A stretch of DNA of 64,000 bases from Octopus sinensis (lineage: Eukaryota), in contig NC_043010.1 in assembly GCF_006345805.1 (NCBI RefSeq), positions 14,260,001 through 14,324,000 on the forward strand. The letters run 5' to 3'. The notes below the pieces were generated by a model that did not search any database, was not told the DNA's origin, and saw only the letters and a list, made by a program, of their open reading frames with translations. A program made the translations under genes and the position numbers. Every line of letters begins with the position of its first letter. The stretch's first letter is position 1. This document shows, piece after piece, positions 1 through 11,562 of the stretch.

Positions 1-69
1 GGACAAGAATATAGACACACGTGTGTGTGTGTGTGTATGTGTGTATATATATATATATATGAGAGAGAC

Positions 70-390
70 CCCCTTCGGTCATGAATGACCATGGGATTGC
101 ACCTAGAAAGTTCCTCTCTGAGGCACAAGTCCAGACAAGGTTGTTTATGGAAGACCAGCAGTTGCCCATGCATACCAGCGTCTCTATGCCTCTGATGTTA
201 TCCAAGGGACAAGCAAAGGACAACACAGCTCGGCACTACTGATGTCGCAACTCATTACTACAGCTGAGTGAACTGGAGCAAAATGAAATAAAGTGTCTTG
301 CTCAAGGACACAACACACAGCCTGTTCCAAGAACCAAACTCACTACCTCATGACTATGAGCCTGACACTAACCACTAAGCCACGGGCCTT
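70..390 (-). mobile_element. tRNA-derived SINE family S4 (CORE-like central segment)
   Basis: Reverse complement aligns along its length with 58721-59052; contains TTGAGCAAGACACTTTATTTCA. Confidence 0.8.
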
Positions 391-429
391 TAAGCATATA
401 TATGAAACCCACACATCCCACTTTTATAT

Positions 430-635
430 ATATATAGTTAATCCAAACAAGAAAGCACAAAAAAACACAACAACGCGAGGACGTGGAACAAATATAGTAT
501 TATTGGATGCTCAGGAAAGAAGGAAAGAAGGTGGGTTTAACATTTCGAGCGGAGCTCTTCATCAGAAACATAGGAGAAGGAAAGATCCAGAGAAGGGAAG
601 ACAGAGGAAAAAAAATCGCCAACGGTACACATGAG
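430..635 (-). mobile_element. Penelope-like element terminal-repeat fragment, family A
   Basis: ~205 bp nearly identical to 41535-41750; carries a hammerhead-like motif of the kind known from Penelope-like termini. Confidence 0.6.
535..569 (-). ncRNA. Minimal type I hammerhead ribozyme motif
   Basis: Minus-strand RNA GUUU-CUGAUGA-A-GAGC(UCC)GCUC-GAAA-UGU-U-AAAC: core CUGAUGA and GAAA, 4-bp stem II, 4-bp stem I. Confidence 0.55.
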
Positions 636-639
636 GTCA

Positions 640-785
640 CACGATGGGCTTCTCTCAATTTTTGTCAGCCAAATCCACTCACAAGGCTTAGCCTGGAAAT
701 ATAGTACAGGACACTTGCCCAAAGTGCTGTGCAATGGAACTGAACCCAAGACCACATGGTAAGGAAGCAAGCTTCTTAACCACAT
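640..785 (-). mobile_element. SINE S1 head fragment
   Basis: Diverged match to the tRNA-like 5' part of 40888-41285. Confidence 0.7.
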
Positions 786-845
786 GTATATATTTGATAT
801 TATTCCTTCTTTTCCTCTCTCTCTCTCCCTGTATGTTATACTTAC

Positions 846-923
846 AATGAGCTGCACGTTACTGTGTAGTCTTAACTTCTGTTCCGGTAAAAGAATGTCA
901 CGGGGATCTTTTAGCTGCTTCTT
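846..923 (-). CDS. RPP30: RPP30 coding exon 3 (KKQLKDPRDILLPEQKLRLHSNVQLI); gene continues beyond the left edge
   Basis: Acceptor TTTTATATTCAG, donor ATT|GTAAGT, 78 bp, open frame, phase 0/0 matching exon 2. Sequence similarity alone is weak; the call rests on splice signals and phase. Confidence 0.78.
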
Positions 924-1899
924 CTGAATATAAAACATATAAATAGAGAGAAGAGAGAGATAAAACACTACTAGATTACTTGTTCAAGAGATTCCAGCCA
1001 GAGTGTGAGTACAGATGAAGTGAAGATAGAGGGTAGGCACAGAGAAGGGGCCAGAATAAGGTTAACTAATGCCTCTGAACCAAATTTATTTAAACACTTT
1101 ATGTTAGGACAGGTTCTTGTGATTTTGTTGTTGAGATTGATGTTTAGCCCTAGGCCAATCCTAATGGAGCAAATCAAAGGCATTTCAACTATGACCAACC
1201 TGTCATTTTAGGGATAGCTGTTACATTATTTGATGTATCCCCTCTCCTTTTTAAGATGTCATCTGGGGGAAATTTGACTATTTCTAGTAGGGTAAGTGAC
1301 TAAGTAGTCTTCGCTTCAGCTCAATGTATATGCCATCGTTGTTAAGTCTAAGGTCAACGCTGACCATATTGACCAAAGATTAAAAGCCCTCCAGCCAGGA
1401 CCATCTCGCATTTTTAAGGGACTGTGGGATTATGTAATCTAAAAATATTCTGTCCTTACACAGAGCAATAGAGTGTGATTTGAAGAGGAGTTGGTTGCTA
1501 TTTCTAGCATACCTGTCAGCCACATGAAGGTTCCCTTCAAACATATTGAACAGATTGCATAATTAGAAGAGCATCCAACAAAATACGGTACGGTATTTGG
1601 TTGCATCCACTTAGGTTCTGAGTTCAAACTCGGCCCAGGTTCATTTTTGCCTTTCATCCTTCCAAGGTTGATAAAATATGTACTGGAGTTTACTAAGTCA
1701 GTTGCCAGACGTTGGGGCTTCAATGTATCTATAACCAGGGAAGCAAGGAGTTCAGAGTATGGTAGATGACTGATGGTGGGTATTTGCTTGGTTGCATGTC
1801 TCTAAACAGTTCCCAGGAGATCAATGTCCTGAGCAAGATAGGGGTTCCAGACTGGTGATGCAAATTCCAAGTGTGGCCGCACCATAGCTATATACATCT

Positions 1900-2080
1900 A
1901 TAACCCTTTAGCATTCAAACCGGCCATATCAGGCCAAAATATTTAGCCTGTTTTCTGTTGAAATGGACCAGATCTGGTTCTTCACCTCAACCTTACAATA
2001 TCATTCTAAAACTAAACAATCACATCGTCGAAATCTCTCAACTACAAGATAATGCATCATAAATTCAAAACAATATAACT
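1900..2080 (+). mobile_element. piggyBac-like MITE family P1, partial
   Basis: Starts TAACCCTTTAGCATTCAAAC; aligns to the full copy at 50903-51122. Confidence 0.65.
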
Positions 2081-2174
2081 AAACAATCTCACCCATCTCT
2101 CACTTATACACTCTTCATCTGCCTCTTCATATACACACACAACACCAAGTCCCCATCCTAACCTAGTCACCTAC

Positions 2175-2254
2175 CTGGTTTTCACCTTTTCCTTTCGTCT
2201 TGCCAGTAGGTGGAGGAAGTACTGCGTTGTTGATTGCGACCTGTCTGTAGCCCA
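2175..2254 (-). CDS. RPP30: RPP30 coding exon 2 ((L)GYRQVAINNAVLPPPTGKTKGKGENQ)
   Basis: Acceptor TCTCTCTCTTCAATTGCAG, donor CAG|GTAGGT, 80 bp. LGYxxVAIN is the conserved RPP30 motif (human LGYSVVAINH, from memory). Phases 1/0 fit the neighbouring exons. Confidence 0.9.
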
Positions 2255-2539
2255 CTGCAATTGAAGAGAGAGACATAGATTAGTGACACTCACCATCACC
2301 ATCATGCAATGTCAAGACAAGGAAACACAAAGTCTCACACACACATTCGAGACCTTTGGAAATATGCTGTACGTGAGAAGACCAGGCAGGACAAGTGAGC
2401 CCAGCCCACTTATGCATGCCTTTCCTCTCTTGGACACACAAAGACCTGTTGAGGCAAGCGAAGTCGATATCGAACCTCATCCGACGACAGGCACCTATGC
2501 TTGCGAAGACCTGTTGGGGCAAGTGAAATCGAAATCGAA

Positions 2540-2890
2540 ATTGAACCAATCCTATGACTGGCACCCGGCAGATGCCAGGACCCCTGGACTGGTGGTACGT
2601 AAAAAGCACTATCCGAATCATGGCCGATGCCTCGACTGGCTTCCGTGCCAGTGGCACGTAAAAAGCACCATCCGAATCGTGGCCGTTGCCAGCCTCGCCT
2701 GGCACCTGTGCGGGTGGCACGTAAAAAGCACCCACTACACTCACGGAGTGGTTGGCGTTAGGAAGGGCATCCAGCCGTAGAAACACTGCCAGATCAGACT
2801 GGGCCTGGTGCAGCCTTCTGGCTTCCCAGAACCCCGGTCGAACCGTCCAACCCATGCTACCATGGAGAACGGACGTTAAACGATGATGAT
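2540..2890 (+). mobile_element. SINE-like family S3 with (GAT)n tail and three 5' GGCACGTAAAAAGCACC-type units
   Basis: Conserved GAGTGGTTGGCGTTAGGAAGGGCATCCAGC block (resembles the Meta domain, from memory); ends GGACGTTAAACGATGATGAT. Confidence 0.8.
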
Positions 2891-3044
2891 TCTTTCAGTT
2901 TCCACCTATCAAATCCACTCATAAGGCTTTGGTTGCTCAGGGCTTAGAAAAAGGCAATTGTCCATGCTGCCCCACACAATGGGATTGAACCCAGAACCAA
3001 GTGATTGGGGAGCAAGCTTCTTAACCACACAGACTTGACTTGAC

Positions 3045-3360
3045 AGCATTCACCCGGGGTGGGTTGATCTGGCTTCATTCATCCTCAATGCTGCATCTCT
3101 CACAAACGCCGACCAGGCCTGGCGATTTGAGGTTAACGACCACATGATCTCCAACCACTCCTTATTCCAGCGGCGAACGCCGTAGATATGGAGGTCTAGG
3201 TTGGGTTCCAGATCAGCCTTGACTGTCATCAGCCAGGTTTTTCGCTATCCACCACATCGCTTTCGCCAACCTCGAAGGGGAGCTGGGGCAGTTGCTTCGT
3301 AGATGAATTCTCCTGGTTGACGACAGAGGGCATGACCCAGCCAACGCAGCCGTCTCGTTA
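3045..3360 (-). mobile_element. RTE-clade LINE 3' fragment, family R2
   Basis: Near-identical to 39770-40032, which translates as an RTE-like C-terminus (GGQRKTW...LASNRQAWSAFVRD). Confidence 0.75.
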
Positions 3361-4364
3361 AGAAGACTTCTTAACCACACAGCCACAAGCATGGCTGTGT
3401 GGTTAAGGTGATGTAGATATTAATAGTAACGGTAATGTGGTGTGGTGTTAGTGATAGTACTGCATTTCTGACTGTCACTGCTGACAAGCACACTGTAAGA
3501 GAGAGAGAGAGAGACAATAAACCTGTTTGTTGTTTATACACCTGTCTTCGTCTTTTGTTTTTCTGTAAATTTCAGCTATATGTGTGTGTGGGGGGGGGCG
3601 GAATTACAACCGTGTTTCGTGGTCTGCTACCACAACAGCTCCTTTATAGGATCCAGTTAGCTCAAGACATCATCAGGAGGAACCACGTCCGGTTTCGGCC
3701 CCTACTCCTCTACCGTTTTGACGTGGCAGGGCTCCCCCTTTTGGAGGTGTCTTCAGCTCTGGTGTTGGGTGCATGTCTTCTTTCTTCTGTTCCCTGGCCT
3801 CTTCGATGTATCGTCAGTGAGTGTCAGCCAGTGACTGACTGACTGACTTGTCAAATTTTTCCCTTTAAACACCTGCTGCTAGGCTCTAGCAGGCAGCCCC
3901 AGCAAGTTGTCACGTGTGCCTCAGTGGGGCTATTTTTCACATTTATAATAAAATAAATATATACAAATTAGAAAAATAATAAAAAAAAAAAATTTGCAGT
4001 ACAGTACTGTTTCTACTTCGCGGATTTTCACCTATCGCGGGGGTGGGGTTTGGAATGTAACACCTGCAACAGTCGAGTGATTACTGTATTTACACACACA
4101 CACATTATTTAAAACAGTTTGATCTGCCCCATACAACTTAAAGTTTCATATGCTATTTACAGAAACTTAGCTTGTCAGACTCAGTTACCTCCAGCTGACT
4201 GAGCCCGATGAGTTATGCTTCGAACCATGCAGGTCCACAGTGGGACTAAACAGAATGTCAGAAATGCCATTAACAACGAGGAAGCTTAGAGACACAGCAA
4301 CCATCAGATGAAGACGGAGCAATCACCATGTGTGTGTATGTGTGTGTGTCCTTGTCTTGACATT

Positions 4365-4750
4365 ACTCTTTTACTCTTTTACTTGTTTCAGCATTGACTG
4401 CGGCCATCTGCACAGCACGCCTTTAGCCTAGCAAATCGACCCCCAGGACTTATTCTTTGTAAGCTTATAGTACTATTCTATCGGTCTCTTTTGTCGAAAC
4501 GCTAAGTACGGGGACGTCGTACAACACCAGATCGGTTGTCAAGCGATGTTGGGAGGGGGGGGGACAAACACAGACACACATATACGACGGGCTTCTTTCA
4601 GTTTCCGTCTACCAAATCCACTCACAAGGCATTGGTCAGTCCGAGGCTATAGTAGAAGACACTTGCCCAAAGTGCCATGCAGTGAGACTGAACCCGGAAC
4701 CATGAGGTTCGTAAGCAAGCTACTTACCACACAGCCACTCCTACGCCTAT
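4365..4750 (-). mobile_element. SINE S1, full length
   Basis: Reverse complement of 40888-41285: tRNA-like head, GGCAAGTGTCTT block, central dinucleotide tract, tail GACTGAAACAAGTAAAAGAG. Confidence 0.85.
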
Positions 4751-5196
4751 ACATGATGTTTGTGAGAGTCCCTGTCATACAGGCAGTGTCCTTCGTTTCA
4801 AATATCCTATGTAAACCTGTCTGACCAAGGGAAATAGCACCTTGCTTGGAAACAAGTAAGAAGTGCTGACAAATAGGGAATCCAGCCATAGAAAATCTGT
4901 CTCAGTTAACTCTGTCTGACCCATACAAGTATGGAAAAGTGAACATTAAGATGACGGTGCAAGCCGTCTTTTTAGAGGCCACTGGCTGAAATCTCTGAGT
5001 TGGGAATTTGCCTCAACATTCAACTTTACAGACAGACATTTTAAGATAGTGACCTTGATAATATTATTCAAATTTAGGAATTCAAATGTGAATTTGTAAA
5101 CATGTAAACCAGGTTGTCATTAGATATTCAGATGAAATATCTGAATCCAGAACCGACAACTGAAATATGCGACAAAACAACTTCCTATTTTAGCTT

Positions 5197-5581
5197 ATAA
5201 TAATTCTGCTTGTCATTGTTACTTGGCCCGTCAGTAATGCTTTCACGTGATTAGATTTTGACTGAGGGCTGGCAAACCAGATGGCTGCACCAGGCCCCAG
5301 TCTTGATCTGGCAGAGTTTCTACAGCTGGATGCCCTTCCTAACGCCAACCACTTCAAGATAATAATTCTGCTTGTCATTGTGTTACTTGGCCCATCAGTA
5401 ATGCTTTCACGTGATTAGATTTTGACTGAGGGCTGGCAAACCAGATGGCTGCACCAGGCCCCAGTCTTGATCCGGCAGAGTTTCTACAGCTGGATGCCCT
5501 TCCTAATGCCAACCACTCCAAGATAATAATTCTGCTTGTCATTGTGTTACTTGGCCCATCAGTAATGCTTTCACATGATTA
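5197..5581. repeat. Tandem repeat, ~2.3 copies of a 162-164-bp unit (unique flank + S3 fragment)
   Basis: ATAATAATTCTGCTTGTC recurs at 5197, 5359 and 5523. Confidence 0.85.
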
Positions 5582-6437
5582 GAGAAAAAGAGGAAGAAAG
5601 AAAAAGGGAGAGAGAAAAAGGGGGAGAGAGAAGCGTTCATGAAATGAGGTAGAGGGAATGTAATTGTAATGTTTTCATGAGATTAGTTGAAGGGAAAGAG
5701 AAGGAGAAAGAGAAAGAAAAAGACGGAGAGAAACGTCCGTGGCATGTAATAATTTTAGTAGAGGGGTAATTGATTCAATCAAAACATCAGAATCAAGACA
5801 CACTGACTGAATTACAAAGCAAAAACTACTTCATATTGGATACTCGCCCAAGGTGCCACGCAGTGGGACTGAACACGGGACCATGTGGTTGGGAAACAAG
5901 CTTCTTCCCACACAGCCGTCAAATTTTCGTACGAGTTTTATTTGTTTGTATTAAGTATTGTGACATTGTTTCGTCTCTTTACTTCCTTTTTCTCATGCTA
6001 TTTTCCCCACGTGTCGCTATGTTCACATGCTCGGTCAAAACCTGCTGTGGTTAAGTAATAAACAAATTATGTCGCTTTGCAAGTTTTTTTCTTACACTGC
6101 AGTTTTTCTAGAATGCGCAGTTTTGTGAGATATTGTTTTCTTCTTCTCTTGACGAGTTCAGGCTTTGCTGAAGCACGACCATTTCCATGGTGTGACACTT
6201 ATTTTAATGACCTCGGAAAGACAAAAAAAAACAAAGTAGACTTGTGACAAATTTAGAAGTCAGACTATACGGTAATGAAACCAAGGAACAAGGTATTTCG
6301 CCTGATGTTCTGCCGGTTATGCAACCCACTCTCAGGCATTAAATAGATTTTGTTTTTACCTTTCACCATTCAGAATACTTGTTTATTCACATGGTTTTGA
6401 ATTAATCATGTATGGGTGCCATCATCATCATCACCGT

Positions 6438-6655
6438 TTAACCCTTTAATGTTCAGATTATTCAATCAAACATAATGCCTATTAATTCCCATTTATTTGA
6501 ATTAATCATGCATTATCTCATATCTTCAAGATCTTGATGGTGTAATTACTTAATATAGAATAACATTGTAGGGTAGGTGTGAGGGCCTGGATCTGATCAG
6601 TTTGAACATAAAACAGATTAACTATTTTGGCCGGATATGGCTGGTTTAAATGCTA
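6438..6655 (-). mobile_element. piggyBac-like MITE P1
   Basis: TTAA-CCCTTT left end; aligns with 11282-11508. Confidence 0.7.
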
Positions 6656-6979
6656 GCGCATGTTGGACGATTTTGACTGAGAGCTGGCGAACCAGATGGC
6701 TGCACCAGGCTCCACTCAACAAAGAGACAACCACACAACGCCTTGTCCTGCATCCCTGTAATATAGTGTTGGAATTTCAGCAAAAACACTGACACCATTC
6801 AGCATTTGTAAATTCATTTCACTATTACTTACTGATATTCACACATCATTTGTACTTTGATTTAACTACAATTTACTGATGTTCCTTATCAAAAACATTT
6901 CTTGTTCCCTTAAGCTAATCTTCTATATGATATACTTATTTTCCTTGCATTAATGTAACATAGTGTCTGAATTTCATTT

Positions 6980-7785
6980 CATCATCATCATCATTTAACG
7001 TCCGTTTTCCATGCTGGCATGGGTTGGACGATTTTGACTGAGGGCTGGCGAACCAGACAGCTGCACCAGGCTCCAGTCTGATCTGGCAGAGTTTCTATAG
7101 CTGGATGCCCTTCCTAACGCCAACCACTCCGTGAGCATAGTGGGTGCTTTTTACGTGCCACCGGCACGGGGGCCAGTCAGGCGGTACTGGCAACGACCTC
7201 GCTCAAATCCTTTTACACATGCCACCAGCACAGGTGCCAGTAAGGCGACTTTGGTAACGATCACGCTCAAATGGTGCTCTTTTACGTGCCACTGGCACGG
7301 AAGCCATTTGGCTGCTCTGGCAACGATCACGCTCGGATGGTGCTCTTGGCACCCTACTAGCACAGGCACAAGTGCCAGTAAGGCGACGCTGGTAACAATC
7401 ACGCTCGAATGGTGCCCTTTAAGTGCCACTAGCATGGAAGCCGGTTGGCTGCTCTGGCAATGATCACGCTCGGATGGTGCTCTTGGTACCCTACTAGCAT
7501 GGGCACAAGTGCCAGTAAGGCGAGGCTGGTAACAATCATGCTCGAATGGTGCCCTTTAAGTGTCACTGGCACGGAAGCCAGTTGGCTGCTCTGGCAACAA
7601 TCACGCTCGGATGGTGCTCTTGGTACCCTACTAGCACAGGCACAAGTGCCAGTAAGGCAAGGTTGGTAACGATCACGCTCGAATGGTGCCCTTTAAATGC
7701 CACTGGCATGGAAGCCGGTTAGCCGCTCTGTCAATGATCACGCTCGTATGGTGCTCTTTGCACCCTGCTAGCACAGACGCCTAGA
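6980..7785 (-). mobile_element. S3 element with long 5' tandem array (~60-bp monomers arranged as ~127-bp dimers)
   Basis: (CAT)n tail at 6980 and S3 body, then ~9-10 alternating units sharing ACGATCACGCTCG(A/G)ATGGTGC. Confidence 0.85.
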
Positions 7786-8117
7786 TTAACATATCAAAAT
7801 TTGATATTATATATCCATGCATTTGCGTAAATATGTGTAAATGCGTATGCACGTCTTGTTATGTGTGTGTATGTGACTTTGTAAGAGTGTGTATTTTGGT
7901 GTATACCTGCGTGCTTTTCTGTGTATACATGTGTGTGTATGTGTGTAGATGTGAGAGGATGCTGGACCTGCCAGGTTTGAACATAAAACAGGAAGAGTAT
8001 CTGGACTGGATGTGGCTTTAGCTACTTGAAAACACAATAGAGTTCTGGAGCCTCAAAGTGCTCTCAATTGAAGCTGGATGACTCGTAATAATAATAGTTA
8101 CTAACTCACACCCCATT

Positions 8118-8762
8118 CTTATTTCTTTACTGCCCACAAGGGGCTACACAAAGAGGGGTCAAACAAGGACAGACAAACGGATTAAGTCGATTACATCGAC
8201 CCCAGTGCATAAATGGTACTTATTTAATCGACCCCGAAAGGATGAAAGGCAAAGTCGACCTCAGCAGAATTATCGACCCCAGTGCATAACTGGTACTTAT
8301 TTAATCGACCCTGGTGCATAACTGGTACTTATTTAATCGACCCCAAAAGGATGAAAGGCAAAGTCAACCTTGGCAGAATTATTGACCCCAGTGCATAACT
8401 GGTACTTATTTAATCGACCCCGAAAGGATGAAAGGCAAAGTCAACCTTGGCAGAATTATTGACCCCAGTGCATAACTGGTACTTATTTAATCGACCCCGA
8501 AAGGATGAAAGGCAAAGTCAACCTTGGCAGAATTATTGACCCCAGTGCATAACTGGTACTTATTTAATCGACCCCGAAAGGATGAAAGGCAAAGTCGACC
8601 TCGGCAGAATTATCGACCCCAGTGCATAACTGGTACTTATTTAATCGACCCCGAAAGGCAAAGTCGACCTCAGAGGAATTTGAACTCAGAACACAGCGGC
8701 AGATGAAATACTACCAAGCATTTCGCCCGGCGTGCTAACGCTTCAGCCAGCTCGCTGCCTCA
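8118..8762 (-). mobile_element. SINE S2 with internal 77-bp tandem expansion
   Basis: GACCCCAGTGCATAA at 8198, 8275, 8384, 8461, 8538, 8615 (77-bp period plus one 32-bp duplication). Family motif GCCTTTCATCCTTTCGGGGTCGAT resembles the Nin/Deu-type domain (from memory). Confidence 0.85.
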
Positions 8763-8914
8763 TACTTACACCCCATTCTGGAGTAACCCCGCACCTCATC
8801 AAATTATGACCCTAGTCCACCAGTGAGATATGCACTTCATCTTGAGAAACACTAATGTAATGGCTTTCCCCCACTGACTTATCTTAGCTTGGTTTGGCTA
8901 CGATGATAATAATT

Positions 8915-9117
8915 ATTTCTTTACTACCCACAAGAGGCTAAACACAGAGGGGACAAACAAGGACAGACAAACGGATTAAGTCAATTACATCGACCACAGT
9001 GAACTGGTACTTAATTTATCGACCCCAAAAGGATGAAAGGCAAAGTCGACCTCGGCGGAATTTGAACTCAGAACCTAATGGCAGATGAAATACGGCTACG
9101 CATTTCACCCGGCGTGG
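8915..9117 (-). mobile_element. SINE S2 monomer, 5'-truncated
   Basis: Aligns to 34853-35085. Confidence 0.8.
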
Positions 9118-9529
9118 TGGTAATGATGATAAAGATACCACTAGTGGTGGTGGTGGAGGTTGTGATGATAGTAGTGATGCGAATGAAAAGATTAAATTTT
9201 GGGAGGGTTTTTTATTTTTGTTATTTTTAATAGCTTGATCCAGAGGAGTAAGAACAATACCTAAATCAGCCCTGGTCAAGTAAACTGATGATGAAAGGCA
9301 TTCCAGCTTTGATCACACTGTCCCATCTCATACCATCCCATCCAGTCTTTATAGAGACATAGTTTGTCTCAGTCTACCAGTGTCTTTCACTTTGTTTAAA
9401 GATGGTCCAGTTCAATTTCTGAGAGATTTTGAAGCTATTTTGAGCCGGTAGAGCATCTACATAGCAGCTCCTTATGGTTATGATGATGAGGAGGAGGAGG
9501 AGGGAAGGCAATTAGGATCTATTTCTGAA

Positions 9530-10190
9530 ATTAGAATTGATGACAATGGCAGCAATGATGAATGATGATGGTGGTGGTTGTAATGACAATGGTGAGGGTA
9601 GTGGTGCTGGTGGTGATTGTGGTGGTGACTATGATGATGATGATGGTGGTGGTTGTGGTGGTGACTATGATGATGGTGTTGGTGGTTGTGGCGGTGACTA
9701 TGATGATGGTGGTGGTGGTTGTGGTGGTGACTATGATGATGATGGTGGTGGTGGTTGTGGTGGTGACTATGATGATGATGGTGACTATGATGATGGTGGT
9801 GGTGGTGGTGACTATGATGATGGTGTTGGTGGTGGTTGTGGTGGTCACTATGATGATGATGTGGTGGTGGTTGTGGTGGTGACTATGATGATGATGGTGG
9901 TAGTGGTAGTTGTAGTGGTGACTATGATGATGGTGTTGGTGGTGGCGGTGGTAATAGTGATACAGGTGATGTTGATGATGATGATGATCATCATCATCAT
10001 CATCATGATAATGACAAGGTTGGTGATGATGCAAGTAGTAATGCAAAAGATTATGAAAATGGAAGTAGTAATGGTTTCCATTCAATGTCAGAACAAAATA
10101 AAGGATAAATGCATGGAGGAGGGGGCGTGGGAGGGCAGGGCAGAATCTGTTGTGGTGGTGGTGGTGGTGGTGGTGGTGGTTGTGTGATGG
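9530..10190. repeat. Compound GGT/GAT trinucleotide microsatellite with a higher-order ~33-42-bp unit
   Basis: GGTGGTGACTATGATGATG recurs about nine times. Confidence 0.9.
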
Positions 10191-10457
10191 AGGGGGATAA
10201 GAACTCTCCGCTAACAGGGACAAGGTCACACAAGCCAGTGTCTTTCCACTAAACACTTAAATCCCCCCACCACTACCACCACCACCACCTCCAACCCCCA
10301 ACCCATGAACCACTGGTGGAAGTTGACATTGTAACGGTGAGTAGGGGGCTAGTGGAGAAGGCGGTGGGGGGGGGAGCTGGAAGGAAAGGATGGAAGTAAA
10401 ACGAAGGGGAAGAGAATGGGAAGAAAAAGAGAAAAAAAGGAGACAGACATGTATTTG

Positions 10458-10458
10458 T

Positions 10459-10498
<40 letters not shown>

Positions 10499-10525
10499 AA
10501 GAGAGAGAGAGAGAAAGAGAGAAAG
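10458..10525. repeat. (GA)n microsatellite
   Basis: Seen directly. Confidence 0.95.
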
Positions 10526-10869
10526 GGAGAGGGTGTGTGCTGGAGATGTGTAGATGGTAGTGATGAGGGAACAAACAAGGACATGCCATCTCAGTGAGGC
10601 GGTGGAGCAACACTTACTCTGACCACTGTTGCAAGAGGGACCTCCTATGCAGTTGCTCAGTCTGCTGGAAATAGCAGCTAAATCATCATTAAATCAAGAG
10701 TCACTTGCCTTAAATGAACACGGGTATATATTGAATCGTGCAGTCAGTGAGAAATATACAAAACGATGGTGGTCATGGTTGGAACATCACTGATCATAGC
10801 TACACTTAATCATAACTACTCCTTTATAATAAGAGGGATATCTGTCCTTAATAAAAAAAAAAAACCTTT

Positions 10870-11110
10870 CAGTCAAGAATGACCATGGGATTGCACCTAG
10901 AAAGTTACCCTCTGAGGCCCAAGTCCAAGCATCAATGTTATCCAAGGGCCGATACAGCATGGCACTAAAGATATTGCAACTCATTTCTACAGTTGAGTGA
11001 ACTGGAGCAACGTGAAATGAAGGGTCTTGCTCAAGAACATAACACACAGCCCAGTCAGGAAACTGAACTTACTAACTCATGATTGTGGGTCCGACACTCT
11101 AACCACTGAC
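10870..11110 (-). mobile_element. SINE S4, internally deleted copy
   Basis: GACCATGGGATTGCACCTAGAAAG tail and tRNA-like head match 70-390. Confidence 0.75.
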
Positions 11111-11281
11111 CCTGACCCTAACCGTAACCCTAAAACCAGTACAAACACACAAGTGATGTCATAAATAACAGTGACAAACGAAAAATACACCACCAATAGT
11201 TGTTATTGACAAACAGCGGCAGTAATTTATTGAGCTGAATACACGTCATTGATTGGTTGAAATTACCGAAATACGACAACT

Positions 11282-11508
11282 TTAACCCCTTAGTGTTCAG
11301 ATTATTCTATCAAACATAATGCTTATTGATTCACATTGATTTGAATTAATCATGCATTATCTCATATCTTCAAGAGCTTGATGGTGTAATTACTTAATGT
11401 AGAATAACATTGTAGGGTAGGTGTGAGGGCCTGGATCTGGTCAGTTTGAACGTAAAACAGATTAAATATTTTGGCCGGATATGGCCGGTTTAAATACTAA
11501 AGTGTTAA
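11282..11508 (-). mobile_element. piggyBac-like MITE P1, full length
   Basis: TTAA at both ends with CCC(C)TT...AAAG(T)G termini. Confidence 0.75.
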
Positions 11509-11562
11509 GGTGAAATAACTTCATAAATTTAAGTTTTTCTCAAAAGTGTTAAGAGTAAAACA

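Noticed and set aside
2181-2186. Alternative donor AAG|GTGAAA in RPP30 exon 2
   Set aside because: Would give phase 1, out of frame with exon 3; the downstream CAG|GTAGGT is stronger and in frame.
2280-2855. Overlapping 191-aa and 165-aa ORFs next to RPP30 exon 2
   Set aside because: Mostly S3 repeat sequence; similar peptides recur wherever S3 occurs.
3960-4090. Tigger/pogo-like right TIR (GATTACTGTA)
   Set aside because: No matching left TIR found in the window; too little to call as an element.
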